This document shows positions 9,331 to 19,574 of a stretch of 64,000 bases of DNA, piece after piece. The stretch lies in assembly GCA_965140785.1 (NCBI GenBank), contig OZ223511.1, positions 1-64,000 on the forward strand. Reading direction: 5' to 3'. This DNA comes from an uncultured Ruficoccus sp. (GTDB taxonomy: Bacteria > Verrucomicrobiota > Verrucomicrobiia > Opitutales > Cerasicoccaceae). A model generated the notes under the pieces. It was not told the DNA's origin. It made no database searches and saw only the letters and a program-made list of their open reading frames with translations. How positions within the stretch are numbered: the stretch's first letter is position 1; each line of letters starts with the position of its first letter. A program made the translations under genes and the position numbers.

Positions 9331-9873
9331 TTGCCCGAGCGCGCCCTCCAGTCCCTGCCGCGTTCGTCGGGCTTCACGCTCGTCGAGATCATCATCGTCC
9401 TCGGGCTGATGAGCCTGGTGGCCGGGCTGGTCATCACCAATGTCGAGAAGCTGCTGCCCGCCTTCCAGAGCACGCCGCTGGAGGTGAAGTTCCGCCAGGC
9501 CGTGCGGGAGTCCCGCATCGTGGCGGCGACCTCGAACCGCCCGGTGTACCTGCGTTTCGACGCGCAGGCCGAGGAGTTCCGGTTGGTTCAGCAGAGCGAG
9601 GAGAGCGCGGGGGAGCCCGCCGTGGAGGATTCGCCGTACTTCACGCCCGAGGTGACGGTGGAGTTTTTCCCCATCGCCGCCGAGGAGGAGGGTGGGGTGA
9701 ACTATTTTTCCGGCATCGATTCGACCGAGCCGGTGCCGCAACTGGTGTTCCATCCCTCGGGGGCGTCCACCCCGGCCCGGGTGCGCTTCCACTGGCGCAC
9801 GGGGGAGGAGTCGATCCTGACGCTTGATCCCTTCTCCAGCGGACCGCTGGCCAGCAAGGAGCTTTTCCAGTGA
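9331..9873 (+). CDS. gspH: Minor pseudopilin, GspH-like
   Basis: SG/FTLVEIIIV prepilin motif; follows gspG; TTG start is uncertain. Confidence 0.75.
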   Translation: MPERALQSLPRSSGFTLVEIIIVLGLMSLVAGLVITNVEKLLPAFQSTPLEVKFRQAVRESRIVAATSNRPVYLRFDAQAEEFRLVQQSEESAGEPAVEDSPYFTPEVTVEFFPIAAEEEGGVNYFSGIDSTEPVPQLVFHPSGASTPARVRFHWRTGEESILTLDPFSSGPLASKELFQ

Positions 9874-10331
9874 AGCCGCCTCGCCGCCCCGGCCTGACCC
9901 TGCTCGAGGTCGTCATCGCGCTGGCGATTTTCGTCGGCGTGGTGGGCATGCTCAGCCAGGCGGTGGTGATCACGATTAACGCCATGGACACACTGGGCGA
10001 GGATACCCGGCAGGAGCAGGAGTTCCGTTTCGCCGTGCGGCAAATTCTCCAGGTGGCCGAGCGCGACGTGATCGAGGACGGCGGCGACATTCAGACGCTG
10101 GATTCGGGCAATATCCACTGGGAGGCCGAAGTGGAGGAGACGGACATTCTGGATTTGTTTTCGCTCAAGCTGACGCTGGAGTGGGAGGAGGTGGCGCCCG
10201 CCATCGGCGAAGCCCAGGTGCGGGAGCAGACGCTTTACGTGCTCCGGCCCGACTGGTCCTTCGCCGACGAGCGTTCCACCTTATTGGATGATAAAACCCG
10301 CAACCTGGAGAGTTCCCGCCGCGGCCTATGA
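9870..10331 (+). CDS. gspI: Minor pseudopilin, GspI-like
   Basis: PG/LTLLEVVIALAIF prepilin motif; translationally coupled to the upstream gene. Confidence 0.75.
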   Translation: MKPPRRPGLTLLEVVIALAIFVGVVGMLSQAVVITINAMDTLGEDTRQEQEFRFAVRQILQVAERDVIEDGGDIQTLDSGNIHWEAEVEETDILDLFSLKLTLEWEEVAPAIGEAQVREQTLYVLRPDWSFADERSTLLDDKTRNLESSRRGL

Positions 10332-10996
10332 GAACGCGCCCCCAGAGACTTCCGCGCACGGGCTTCACCCTGATCGAGGTGTTGATGGCCCTCTTTCTGG
10401 GTGGGCTGCTGTTGACGGCGGCGTCCTCGTATTTGTTCGGGATTTTCAACCTCAAGATCAACCTGGAGGAGCGGCCCGCCTTCGAGGAGCACATCGAGGG
10501 AGTGGAGCGCTTTCTGGCCTTCGCCTTCGAGAATGCGGTGGTCGAGGACGATGACGACGAGGCCGCCGAGCCGGTGGCCTTCGCCGAGATACCGGGGACG
10601 ATTCTGGGGCAGGACGAGGTCCTGAGCTTCCGTCTCTCGGGGGAGATCCCGCTCTTTGTCGAGCCGGAGACGTATCTGCCGGAGGTGACGTGCTACCTGG
10701 TCTTCAACCAGCAGGACGGGCTCTACCTGCTGTGGCAGACCGACGAGATGGCGACCGAGGACGAGGACGACCTGCGCCACACGCCGATCTCGCCCTATGT
10801 GACGGGCGTGGTTTACGCCTACTACGACGCCGAGGACGACGAGTGGGAGGAGTCCACCGAGCCCGAAGACGCCGCCGAGGGCGGGCTCAAACTGCCCGAC
10901 ATGCTCAAGGTGATTTTCACCCACCCCGAGGACGAATACGAGGAGACGATCGAGATTCTCCTCCCACCGAAGGAGGCCGATGTCCCGCTGGTTTGA
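10328..10996 (+). CDS. gspJ: Minor pseudopilin, GspJ-like
   Basis: TG/FTLIEVLMAL prepilin motif; C-terminal LPDMLKV typical of GspJ. Confidence 0.75.
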   Translation: MRTRPQRLPRTGFTLIEVLMALFLGGLLLTAASSYLFGIFNLKINLEERPAFEEHIEGVERFLAFAFENAVVEDDDDEAAEPVAFAEIPGTILGQDEVLSFRLSGEIPLFVEPETYLPEVTCYLVFNQQDGLYLLWQTDEMATEDEDDLRHTPISPYVTGVVYAYYDAEDDEWEESTEPEDAAEGGLKLPDMLKVIFTHPEDEYEETIEILLPPKEADVPLV

Positions 10997-12104
10997 CAGA
11001 CGCCGCCTGCGCCGGGGGGCGATTCTCATGATCGTGCTGGTCATGGTCTTCATCATCTCGGTCCTGGTGGTCAAGGTGCTGGAGGAGCTGACCCAGCAGA
11101 TCCGGGCCAAGACCGCCCAGGCCTCCCGCGACGAGTTTCGCTACGTCGGCCTCTCCGCGCTGGAGACGACCCTGGCCGTGCTCAGCGAGATCAAGGAGAT
11201 CGACGGCACGCTTAACGGCCCCGCCCAGGGCTGGAACGACCCGATCGCCTACGCCAAGACGCTGGAGTGGCCCGAGGGGCTGCAGATCGAGGTTTCCGTC
11301 ATCGACGAGACGGGCAAGTTTCCCCTCAAGGAAATGGACGTGAACGAGCTCAAGGCCTACTTTGACACGCTCGACATCGACTACGACGACGCCGAGACGC
11401 TGAGCGATTCGCTGCTCGACTGGATGGACGAGGACGACGACATCCGGCTCAACGGGGCCGAAGCGGATTTCTACGAGCGCGAGGAGCCGCCGCTCACCCC
11501 CGCTAATGCGCCCTTGAACAGTTGGGAGGCCTTGCGTTATATCAAGGGGTTTCGCGACCTATTCTTCGATGAAAACGGGACTCCGAACGCGCTCTACGCG
11601 CGCTTCACCCGGTCCTTTTCCCTGCACACCACCGCCGATCCCAACATGAACACCGCCAACGAAGACGTGCTGGAGACGCTCGCCGAGCAGTCGGGCTTCG
11701 ATGTGGACTACCTCATCGACCACCGCAGCGGACGGGACCGGACCGTGGGCACCTACGACGACGAGTTTTACACCAGCGTGGACGACCTGACGGCGGCGGG
11801 CATCGGTATCGGCGACGCCAAGGTCAGCTTCGTGTGCGAAATCCTCAAGGTCGAGGTGCGGGTCAGCTACGGCGAAAAGGCCTACCTGCTCACGGCCCTG
11901 GTCGATACCGGCGAGGGGAAGAAAAAGGACGAGGAACCGCAACCCGGCACCCCTGCGCCGAATCCGCAAAACCCGCAACCCGGCCAACCTCCTCAAGGCC
12001 CGGACCCGCAGTCCGGTAACCCACCCTCATCCGGTGCCGGTAAAGACAGCGGCAGTTACCCCTTTACCATCGTTCGGCTGGTGGAGAGCATGGAGATCGA
12101 TTAA
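10980..12104 (+). CDS. gspK: Minor pseudopilin GspK
   Basis: RRG/AILMIVL lacking Glu5; IDETGK, LLDWMDEDD..RLNGAE, N.NTA..DVL; Pro/Gln-rich tail. Confidence 0.88.
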   Translation: MSRWFDRRRLRRGAILMIVLVMVFIISVLVVKVLEELTQQIRAKTAQASRDEFRYVGLSALETTLAVLSEIKEIDGTLNGPAQGWNDPIAYAKTLEWPEGLQIEVSVIDETGKFPLKEMDVNELKAYFDTLDIDYDDAETLSDSLLDWMDEDDDIRLNGAEADFYEREEPPLTPANAPLNSWEALRYIKGFRDLFFDENGTPNALYARFTRSFSLHTTADPNMNTANEDVLETLAEQSGFDVDYLIDHRSGRDRTVGTYDDEFYTSVDDLTAAGIGIGDAKVSFVCEILKVEVRVSYGEKAYLLTALVDTGEGKKKDEEPQPGTPAPNPQNPQPGQPPQGPDPQSGNPPSSGAGKDSGSYPFTIVRLVESMEID

Positions 12105-12107
12105 GGT

Positions 12108-13436
12108 ATGGGCGGGCTTAAACAATTTTTTCAAACCAGCGCGGCCCCGGCGCCGCGGATGGTGACGTTTGTCTCCGGGCATCTGTTCTTTACCCGGACG
12201 GTGGCGCTGCCGGAGGGGATGCGCCCGACCGATGTGCACGCGTTCGCGGAGCTGACGCTGGAGGAGATGTCGCCGTTTTCACTGGAGCACCTGGCCTGGG
12301 GCTACGTGATTGAGCCGGGCAACCGCTGGCTGCTGATCATGGCCGCGTGCCGGCCCCGGATTTCCCCGCAGGAGTTGGAGGAGTGGGGCCCGGCGCTGTT
12401 TGTGCTGCCCGGTTTTTACTCCCTGTTAACGGGTGCCGAGGCGCTGGGCGGGGCCCGCGCCGTGCTTCAGGGCAACTGCCTCACACTCGCCCACTACGAG
12501 GAGGGCTGCCCGCTGCCGGTGTCGTTCACCCATCAGGTGATCGAGACCGAGGGCGATGTCGAGGCGGAGGCGCTGGCCCGCTACGCCGCCGAGCGCCCCA
12601 CCGAGGCCCGGGAGTCTGGCCTGCTGGTGCTGCGGCAGGCCTGGGAAGAGCGCGACGGGAGCGTGGTCTTCGAGCATGCGCGACTTCAGGAGGGCGAAAC
12701 ACCGGGAGCGCCCCCGGACGACGCTGAAGGTTCGGAACAAGGCGGCGAAGAGTCGGAGGCGGGCGGCGAGGCGCTGATCCCGGTTTGTATCGAAAATGTC
12801 GATACGCTCTGGCTGTCCGATTTGCGCGAGCCCGGATTCAAGAACGCCGAGCAGCGCGCCCGTCGCCTGAGCGCGGGCTTGTGGAAGAGCATGCTGGCCG
12901 CCGGCGCGTTGGCGGCGCTGCTGGTGATCGGGGCTTGCGTGTGGATTCTTCTGGCCGGCATGCAGTCCTCGCGGATAGCCCGGATCGAGCGGCAGGCGCC
13001 GGAAGTCGCGGCGCTCGATCTCAAGGACCAGAACCTGCGGGACCTCAAGCAATTCGCCGGTTCGCCTTTCCGTCCTTTCGACATACTCAACGATCTCAAC
13101 GAGGTCATTCGCGGCAAGATGGCCAACAGCGGGGTGTACTTTGATTCGGTCGCCCTGTCCAAGGACAACGAAGTTACCGTGCGAGGCAAGGCCGGCAACA
13201 TCGTCGAGGTCAACCGCTACGCCGACGCGCTCAAGGCCTCCGGCCTGTTCGAGGAAATCAGCCCGCCCGATTACCAGTCGCGCGGCAGCGGGGAGGCCCG
13301 CTTTACCCTCGAGCTGCGCTACCTGCCGCCGCCCGAAGCCGCCCAGGCCTCCGAGCCCGAGGCGACCGACCAGCAGCCGCAGACGGTCGAGGCCCCCCAG
13401 GCTGAGACCGAACCCAAACCGGAGGAGTCGGCATGA
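12108..13436 (+). CDS. gspL: GspL/PilN-like assembly platform protein
   Basis: Cytoplasmic domain (EEMSPFSLE), one transmembrane helix, periplasmic domain; lies between gspK and gspM. Confidence 0.65.
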   Translation: MGGLKQFFQTSAAPAPRMVTFVSGHLFFTRTVALPEGMRPTDVHAFAELTLEEMSPFSLEHLAWGYVIEPGNRWLLIMAACRPRISPQELEEWGPALFVLPGFYSLLTGAEALGGARAVLQGNCLTLAHYEEGCPLPVSFTHQVIETEGDVEAEALARYAAERPTEARESGLLVLRQAWEERDGSVVFEHARLQEGETPGAPPDDAEGSEQGGEESEAGGEALIPVCIENVDTLWLSDLREPGFKNAEQRARRLSAGLWKSMLAAGALAALLVIGACVWILLAGMQSSRIARIERQAPEVAALDLKDQNLRDLKQFAGSPFRPFDILNDLNEVIRGKMANSGVYFDSVALSKDNEVTVRGKAGNIVEVNRYADALKASGLFEEISPPDYQSRGSGEARFTLELRYLPPPEAAQASEPEATDQQPQTVEAPQAETEPKPEESA

Positions 13437-13972
13437 TGCGCCAACTTTTTAGAAAGCTGACCACCCGTGAGCAGGTCCTGCTCAGTTGCCTGATCTGGTG
13501 CGGACTTTTCATCCTGACGCTGTTTCTGATCGGTGCGCTGGTGAGCGTGAGCCGCGAGTTGAGCGCGACCGGGAAGACCCTCGCCATGCACGAGCAGTGG
13601 TACGCGATGGAGCCGATCCTGGAGGCCGAGCTGCAGGAGACGATGGAGAAGCTCAACCCGGAAAAGACCTTCTCCGGCTCTGCCCTGGCCGGGCGCATCG
13701 ACGCGCTGGCCCGCAGCTCGCGCGTCACCCCGACGATCAACACCCCCCGCGCCCGCGCCGACGACAAGCTCAAGCTCTACTCCATGCGCGTGAGTCTGCA
13801 AAAAGACGGCCTGCCGGAGCTGCTGGAGTTCGACGACAAGATCCAGCAGGAGTGGCCGTACATCAAGATCGAGAGCATCCGCATCAGCGCCGACAGCCGC
13901 GACCGCGAGAAGCACGACGTCCTTTACATTATCAACTCATTCGAATTTAATGAAGACCAAGGCCAGCCGTAG
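13433..13972 (+). CDS. gspM: GspM-like assembly platform protein
   Basis: KLTTREQVLL then transmembrane helix and coiled coil; operon position. Confidence 0.65.
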   Translation: MMRQLFRKLTTREQVLLSCLIWCGLFILTLFLIGALVSVSRELSATGKTLAMHEQWYAMEPILEAELQETMEKLNPEKTFSGSALAGRIDALARSSRVTPTINTPRARADDKLKLYSMRVSLQKDGLPELLEFDDKIQQEWPYIKIESIRISADSRDREKHDVLYIINSFEFNEDQGQP

Positions 13973-14002
13973 CCGGACTGGCCCCCGACCCCACCCGGAA
14001 CC

Positions 14003-16219
14003 ATGAAATCCCGTTCAGACATTTTCCTTCGGCTGACGGCCATGCTGACGCTCTGCGTGTTCTCCAGCAGTATCGTCCTGGGCCAGCAGCGGGTGCCGCC
14101 GCCGACGGGCCGCACTGCGCTGCCCAGCCGTACGCCCGCCGCCACGCCCGCGAGCGAGGAGACGGAGGAAGAAGCGCCCCTCCAGCCGACCGCGCAGCCC
14201 GCCCCCGGCGAGGCCGACCAGCCCATCGGCAACCTCGTGCTGGTGGACGAGAGCGCCCAGCAGGTGCTCAAGCTGATCGAGACCCTCTCGGACAGGCCCA
14301 TTATCCGCGCTCAGAATCTGCCACCGGTGAAAATCTCCTTCGACAGCCGCGGCTCCATGACCAAGCAGGAGGCGCTCATCGCGCTGGAGAGCTTGCTCAG
14401 CCTCAACGGCATCGCCCTGACCCCGATCGGGGATTCGTTTATCAAGGCGGTCAGCTACCAGGACATTACCCGGCAGGCCCCCGAGTTTCTCCATGGCAGC
14501 GCGAACGATTACCCGCCGAGCGAGAAGTTTTACACCACCTTGCTCAAGCTCAAGTACCTGAGCGTTTCCGGCAAGGAGTACGACCCGATTATCGAACCGC
14601 TGATGTCGCCGAATCCGATCGGGAAGGTCGTCCCGCTGCCCAAGGCCAACTCGCTGCTGCTGACCGACACGCTGGTTAACCTCCAACGGGTCGAAAAGGT
14701 GCTTCAGAACGCCGACGAGCCGCAGAGCATGGACGAGGAGGTTCTCTTCTACCCACTGCGCAACATGCAGGCCCGCGATCTCCAGGCGCGGCTCCAGAGC
14801 CTGCTGCTCAACCAGAACAGCGCCTTGAGCAAGTACTTCCTCAACAACACGACGATCGAGGCCGACGAGCGCACCAACCAGTTGATCGTGCTCACGCATC
14901 CGACCAACGTGCCGATGCTCAACACCATCATCGAGAGCTTCGACATCGACGTGGAGCCGCAGACCACGAGCGAGGTTTTTTATATCAAGCACGCCCAGGC
15001 GGTGGAGGTGGAGGCCTTGCTGGAGGAGGTTGTTTCCGGCCAGCAGGAAGCCCGCGAGGAAGAACCCGAGAACGCCGTGGGCAAGGGCGGCCAGCAGACC
15101 CCGCCGCAGCCGGGTGGGCAGGGCGGAAACACCCCGCCGGCCCCCACGCCGAGCCAGCCTTCCCCCGCCTCCCAGAACCTGATGGACTCCATCGACGCGG
15201 GGAATCTTCAGTTTAGCCAGTACATCACCATTGTGGCCGACGAACGCAGTAACGCCGTGGTCGTCTATGGGACCAAGAGCGACATCAAGCAGATCGGCGA
15301 GCTGATCGACAAGATCGACGTCGTGCTGGCTCAGGTGCTGATCGAGGTGGTGGTGGCCGAGGTCACGCTGGAGCGCGACGAGGTCAGCGGCCTGACCGCG
15401 CTCGGCATCAAGCGCGACGGTTCCTGGGGCGGGATGGCGTTCGACACGAGCACGCCCTCCATCGCGTCGGATACACCGGCTTTCAGCATTAACACCACGG
15501 CGGACTTCAAGAACTTCACCGTCCGCTTCGGCCCGGCCCTGAGCTCGGGTAAGCTGCGGGTGCTTCAGGCCCCGGTGCTGGCCACCACGCACAACCAGGA
15601 GGCCAGCGTCAACGTCAGCGAGTCGCGGCCTTTCATCACCGGCAGCACGACCTCCCAGATTAATCCCGACGCCACCACGCAGACCGTGCAGTACCGCGAC
15701 GTCGGGATCGAGCTGACGGTCAAGCCGCTCATCGGCTCCAACGGCGTCGTGCAGATGGAGATCGACCAGAAGGTGGAGAATCTCATCCCCGACAGCAGCG
15801 TGCCGGTCAACGGCACCCCGCAGCCCGCCATCGCCGTGCGCGAGGCGACTTCGTTTGTCAGCGTGACGGATCAGCAGGTCATCGTGTTGGCCGGCTTGCA
15901 GGAGTCCAGCATCAGCCGCAGCGAGCAGGAGGTCTTTCTCCTGAGCAAGATCCCGCTGCTGGGTGAACTCTTCAAGCCCAAGACGGACAACGACTACCGG
16001 CGCGAGCTGATGATCTTCATCAAGCCCAACGTGATCTACACCCAGAACGACGGCACCCGTATCGCCAACCGTACGATTCACAATCTCGACAACGGCGCCA
16101 GTGTGCAGGACTACCTGAACAATCCGGACATGAGCGAGATTTACGACAAGGAAACGTACGAGCCGCCGAGCGAGCCGGTTGAGCGCGTGAAAAGAGGCAA
16201 CTACGGCCCCAACCGCTAA
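14003..16219 (+). CDS. gspD: Type II secretion secretin GspD
   Basis: Repeated N-domains ([20 protein letters not shown]), [41 protein letters not shown]. Confidence 0.93.
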   Translation: MKSRSDIFLRLTAMLTLCVFSSSIVLGQQRVPPPTGRTALPSRTPAATPASEETEEEAPLQPTAQPAPGEADQPIGNLVLVDESAQQVLKLIETLSDRPIIRAQNLPPVKISFDSRGSMTKQEALIALESLLSLNGIALTPIGDSFIKAVSYQDITRQAPEFLHGSANDYPPSEKFYTTLLKLKYLSVSGKEYDPIIEPLMSPNPIGKVVPLPKANSLLLTDTLVNLQRVEKVLQNADEPQSMDEEVLFYPLRNMQARDLQARLQSLLLNQNSALSKYFLNNTTIEADERTNQLIVLTHPTNVPMLNTIIESFDIDVEPQTTSEVFYIKHAQAVEVEALLEEVVSGQQEAREEEPENAVGKGGQQTPPQPGGQGGNTPPAPTPSQPSPASQNLMDSIDAGNLQFSQYITIVADERSNAVVVYGTKSDIKQIGELIDKIDVVLAQVLIEVVVAEVTLERDEVSGLTALGIKRDGSWGGMAFDTSTPSIASDTPAFSINTTADFKNFTVRFGPALSSGKLRVLQAPVLATTHNQEASVNVSESRPFITGSTTSQINPDATTQTVQYRDVGIELTVKPLIGSNGVVQMEIDQKVENLIPDSSVPVNGTPQPAIAVREATSFVSVTDQQVIVLAGLQESSISRSEQEVFLLSKIPLLGELFKPKTDNDYRRELMIFIKPNVIYTQNDGTRIANRTIHNLDNGASVQDYLNNPDMSEIYDKETYEPPSEPVERVKRGNYGPNR

Positions 16220-16229
16220 TCCCGCCCCC

Positions 16230-17945
16230 GTGAATCTCGACGAGCACATTCTCGCCCGGCTCAGTGAGGAGCAGCAGGAGGCCTTCCGCGAAATCCCGCG
16301 GCAGGAACGGGTCGGCTTTTTATCGGTTGCCTGGGATCGCCCCAAGGCGGACATCCTGAACGAGTTGGCCGAACGCAGCGGGCTGGATATTCTGGAGGAG
16401 ATCCGGCTCTCCGACGCGCCGGAGGACACGCTTCCGTTGCGCCTGATCCACGAGTACCAGTGCCTGCCCGTCCACACCGACAACGGTACCTCTGGCCAGC
16501 TCAACCTGGTCACGGTCTGGCCGCCGAACCCGGTCATGGACGACTGGATCGTCGCCGCCTGCGGGCGGCGTCCGCATTGGCTGCTGGGCCCCACGGAGAA
16601 AGTGGCCGAGACCATTACGCAAGTTTTCGGGGTGGGCTCGGGCAGCCTCGACGCCGACGAGCTGGAGGGCTTCTCCGAGACGGACGATGAGGTCGAGGAG
16701 GAGGACGAGGACGCCGCGCTCATCCGCTTCGTCAACGAGGTCATCACCAAGGCCATCGCCGACCGGGCCACGGACATCCACTTCGAGCCGCAGAAGGAGG
16801 CGCTCCAGATCCGCTACCGCATCGACGGCGAACTGGTTCCGGTGCGCGTGCCGGACAACCTCGTGCAGTTCCAGCGGGCCATTATTTCGCGCCTCAAGAT
16901 CATGGCGCGGCTGAATATTTCCGAGCGCCGCCGCCCGCAGGACGGACGCATCAGCTTCACCGTGGGCAAGGAGGACATCGACATCCGTATCTCCTCGCTG
17001 CCCATCATGTACGGCGAAAGCGTCAGCCTGCGCCTGCTCAGTAACAAGACCCAGCCGGTGACGATCGAGGACCTCGGTTTCCTCCCGCGCGACGTTAATA
17101 AGATCAACCAGATCCTGACCCGCCCGCACGGGATCGTCCTAGCCACCGGCCCCACCGGCTCGGGTAAGTCCACCTCGCTGAGCGCCTTCCTGCGGCAGAT
17201 TCGGGACCCGCGCCGCCGCATCATCACGATTGAGGACCCGGTTGAGTACGAGATCGAGAATGTCAACCAGGTGCAGGTTCACCACGAGATCGGGCTGACC
17301 TTCGCCAGCACGCTGCGCAGTGTGCTGCGCCAGGACCCGGACGTGATCATGGTCGGGGAAATCCGTGACCGCGAAACGGCGGAGATCGCCATCCGCGCTT
17401 CGCTGACGGGGCACCTGGTGCTCAGTACCCTGCACACCAACGACGCCCCCGGTGCCTTGACCCGTCTGATCGACATGGAGATCGAGCCCTTCCTCATCGC
17501 CTCGTCGGTCGAACTGGTCATCGCCCAGCGGCTGGTGCGCCGCCTGTGCCCGCGGTGCAGCCGCGAGGCGGACATGGAGTTGGCCCACCTGGGCTCGTGC
17601 CTGGTGGCACTGCACGTGGACCCCTCTGAGGTTCAGCACGGACACCTGCTGCGTGAGCCGGTCGGCTGCGACCATTGCCGCAAGCTCGGTTACCGCGGGC
17701 GCGTCGGCCTGTTCGAGATTTTACAGGTCTCCGAGGAGATTCACGAAATGATCATCCGCAAGGACTCCGCCCGCGACATCCGCCACAAGGCCGAGGCGCA
17801 GGGCATGAGCACGCTTCAGACCAGCGGCTGGGAGCAGTGCAAGCGCGGCATCACCTCGCTGGACGAGATCATGCGCTACGCCGACCTGATCGTGGAGGAC
17901 GAGGCGCCGCCGCCCCCGCCTGAAGACCAGCCCCCCGCTGCCTGA
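16230..17945 (+). CDS. gspE: Type II secretion ATPase GspE
   Basis: [17 protein letters not shown] Walker [23 protein letters not shown], two CxxC motifs. Confidence 0.95.
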   Translation: MNLDEHILARLSEEQQEAFREIPRQERVGFLSVAWDRPKADILNELAERSGLDILEEIRLSDAPEDTLPLRLIHEYQCLPVHTDNGTSGQLNLVTVWPPNPVMDDWIVAACGRRPHWLLGPTEKVAETITQVFGVGSGSLDADELEGFSETDDEVEEEDEDAALIRFVNEVITKAIADRATDIHFEPQKEALQIRYRIDGELVPVRVPDNLVQFQRAIISRLKIMARLNISERRRPQDGRISFTVGKEDIDIRISSLPIMYGESVSLRLLSNKTQPVTIEDLGFLPRDVNKINQILTRPHGIVLATGPTGSGKSTSLSAFLRQIRDPRRRIITIEDPVEYEIENVNQVQVHHEIGLTFASTLRSVLRQDPDVIMVGEIRDRETAEIAIRASLTGHLVLSTLHTNDAPGALTRLIDMEIEPFLIASSVELVIAQRLVRRLCPRCSREADMELAHLGSCLVALHVDPSEVQHGHLLREPVGCDHCRKLGYRGRVGLFEILQVSEEIHEMIIRKDSARDIRHKAEAQGMSTLQTSGWEQCKRGITSLDEIMRYADLIVEDEAPPPPPEDQPPAA

Positions 17946-17950
17946 CCGCC

Positions 17951-19216
17951 ATGCCTGCCTTTTACTATCGCGGAATCGACAGCTCCGGCAAGGCCAGCTC
18001 GGGCACACTGGAGGCGGTGGACCGCCGCCAGGTCATCCAGAAGCTGCGCGCGCAGAAAATCCAGCCGTTGGAAATCCGCCTGAAAAAGAGCGGGGGCCGC
18101 GGCAAGGCTCAGCCCGAGGATCTTGGCGCGACCGCCGAGGCGAAAGAGCCGCGGGCCTCCTTCACTGCCCGGTTCAAGAGCAACTCGCGCCTGGCGCTGC
18201 CGTTTTTTCGCAAGCTTTACCAACTGCACAACAGCGGGATGTCCATCGGTGACGCGGTCAGCCTGATGACGCAGCGCATGACCGATCCGGGCCTGAAGGA
18301 GCTCTGCGCGCGCATTTACAAGGACCTGAGCGAGGGCCGCACGCTGGCCGTCTCCATGCGCTCACAGCCGGAGACCTTTGACGTCATGATGGCGCACCTG
18401 ATCGAGGCGGGCGAGGCGACCGGGAATGTCGTGCCGATTCTGAAGAACCTGATCGAGCACCTGGAGAGCAAGGCCGAGCTGAAGGCCAAGATGATTTCCG
18501 CCCTGGTCTATCCGGTCTTCCTCATCCTGGTCGCGCTCGGGGTGGTGGGGATGTTCCTGTTTTTCCTGCTGCCGCGCATCCGCTCCATGCTCGACGCGCT
18601 GGGGGAAGGCCTCAACCTGCCAGCCCGCATCCTGATCGGCTTTTCCGAGTTCCTGCTCAAGGACGGGCCGTTTGTCCTCGGGGCGCTGGCGCTGGCCTTC
18701 GCTTTTATTATCCAGTGGCGCAAATCGGAAAAAGGCCGCTACGTGACGGACCGGTGGCTGCTCAAGCTTCCCGTGATCAAGGGCCTGGCCTACAACTCGC
18801 AAATCTGCCGCATGACGAACGTGCTGGGCATCCTGCTGGGCAACGGCGTCAACACCACGGAGAGCCTGCGGCTGGCGGAGAACACCGTCAGCAACCGCGT
18901 CATGCTGGAGCGCTACCGCGGGGCGCGCGCCATGATCAACGACGGGGCGCCCTTCTCAGCGGCCTTCAAGCGCTACCAGTTGTTGCCCGACCTCGACCTG
19001 GACATTCTCAGCATCGGGGAAAACACCGGCAGCCTGGTCAGCAGTTTTGCGGAGGTGTATGCCATGCACGCGGATGAGCTGGAGTCTAAGATCAAGTTCT
19101 CCACCTCGCTGGTGGCGGGGCTGGCCCTGGGCTCGGCCTTCGTCATGGTGGCGATTCTCACGCTGGGGATCATCATGAGTATCCTCAACGTCAGCCAGAA
19201 CCTGATGAACCAGTAA
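17951..19216 (+). CDS. gspF: Type II secretion inner membrane protein GspF
   Basis: MPAFYY, AGEATG, ALVYP and IGENTG; duplicated T2SSF architecture. Confidence 0.92.
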   Translation: MPAFYYRGIDSSGKASSGTLEAVDRRQVIQKLRAQKIQPLEIRLKKSGGRGKAQPEDLGATAEAKEPRASFTARFKSNSRLALPFFRKLYQLHNSGMSIGDAVSLMTQRMTDPGLKELCARIYKDLSEGRTLAVSMRSQPETFDVMMAHLIEAGEATGNVVPILKNLIEHLESKAELKAKMISALVYPVFLILVALGVVGMFLFFLLPRIRSMLDALGEGLNLPARILIGFSEFLLKDGPFVLGALALAFAFIIQWRKSEKGRYVTDRWLLKLPVIKGLAYNSQICRMTNVLGILLGNGVNTTESLRLAENTVSNRVMLERYRGARAMINDGAPFSAAFKRYQLLPDLDLDILSIGENTGSLVSSFAEVYAMHADELESKIKFSTSLVAGLALGSAFVMVAILTLGIIMSILNVSQNLMNQ

Positions 19217-19245
19217 TATCGCTTCGCCGCAGTATTGATAAATGA

Positions 19246-19477
19246 GCCACGGATGAACGCGGATGAAACACGGCTATTTTTAACAGGAAGGTCGGGAAGA
19301 GCGGGAGTATAATACCCCATTCAAATTCTTTTGATAAAGAAATAGCCGCGAATGAAGACGTAATAAGTCTCACTCATTAACTTTGCGTGCCTTCGCGGGA
19401 AAGGCATCTTATCATTACTGACTGGAAATGGTATAAGCCTATAGGCCTTTCTTTTCGTTCTTTCCGGCCTTCCTGTT
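19246..19477. repeat. Composite intergenic element: CCACGGAT-type tandem arm plus nested inverted repeats
   Basis: 19246-19275 GCCACGGATGAACGCGGATGAAACACGG; AACAGGAAGGTCGGGAAGAGCGGGAG (19282-19307) pairs with 19451-19477; inner CCGCGAA.. (19346-19363) pairs imperfectly with 19383-19398. Confidence 0.7.
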
Positions 19478-19574
19478 GAATCCCTGACGCTATCAAAACT
19501 GTTTGAAAGCGGTATCTATAATTATCTCAAGCTGATTGAGAAATGGAATCAGGTTTTCTGGACGTGCGGCTTGT

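Noticed and set aside
14015..16777. 920-aa minus-strand ORF
   Set aside because: Antisense shadow of gspD/gspE caused by high-GC codon bias; no motifs.
8796..19216. Type IV pilus system
   Set aside because: GspG and GspK signatures are present and there is no PilT retraction ATPase, which fits T2SS.
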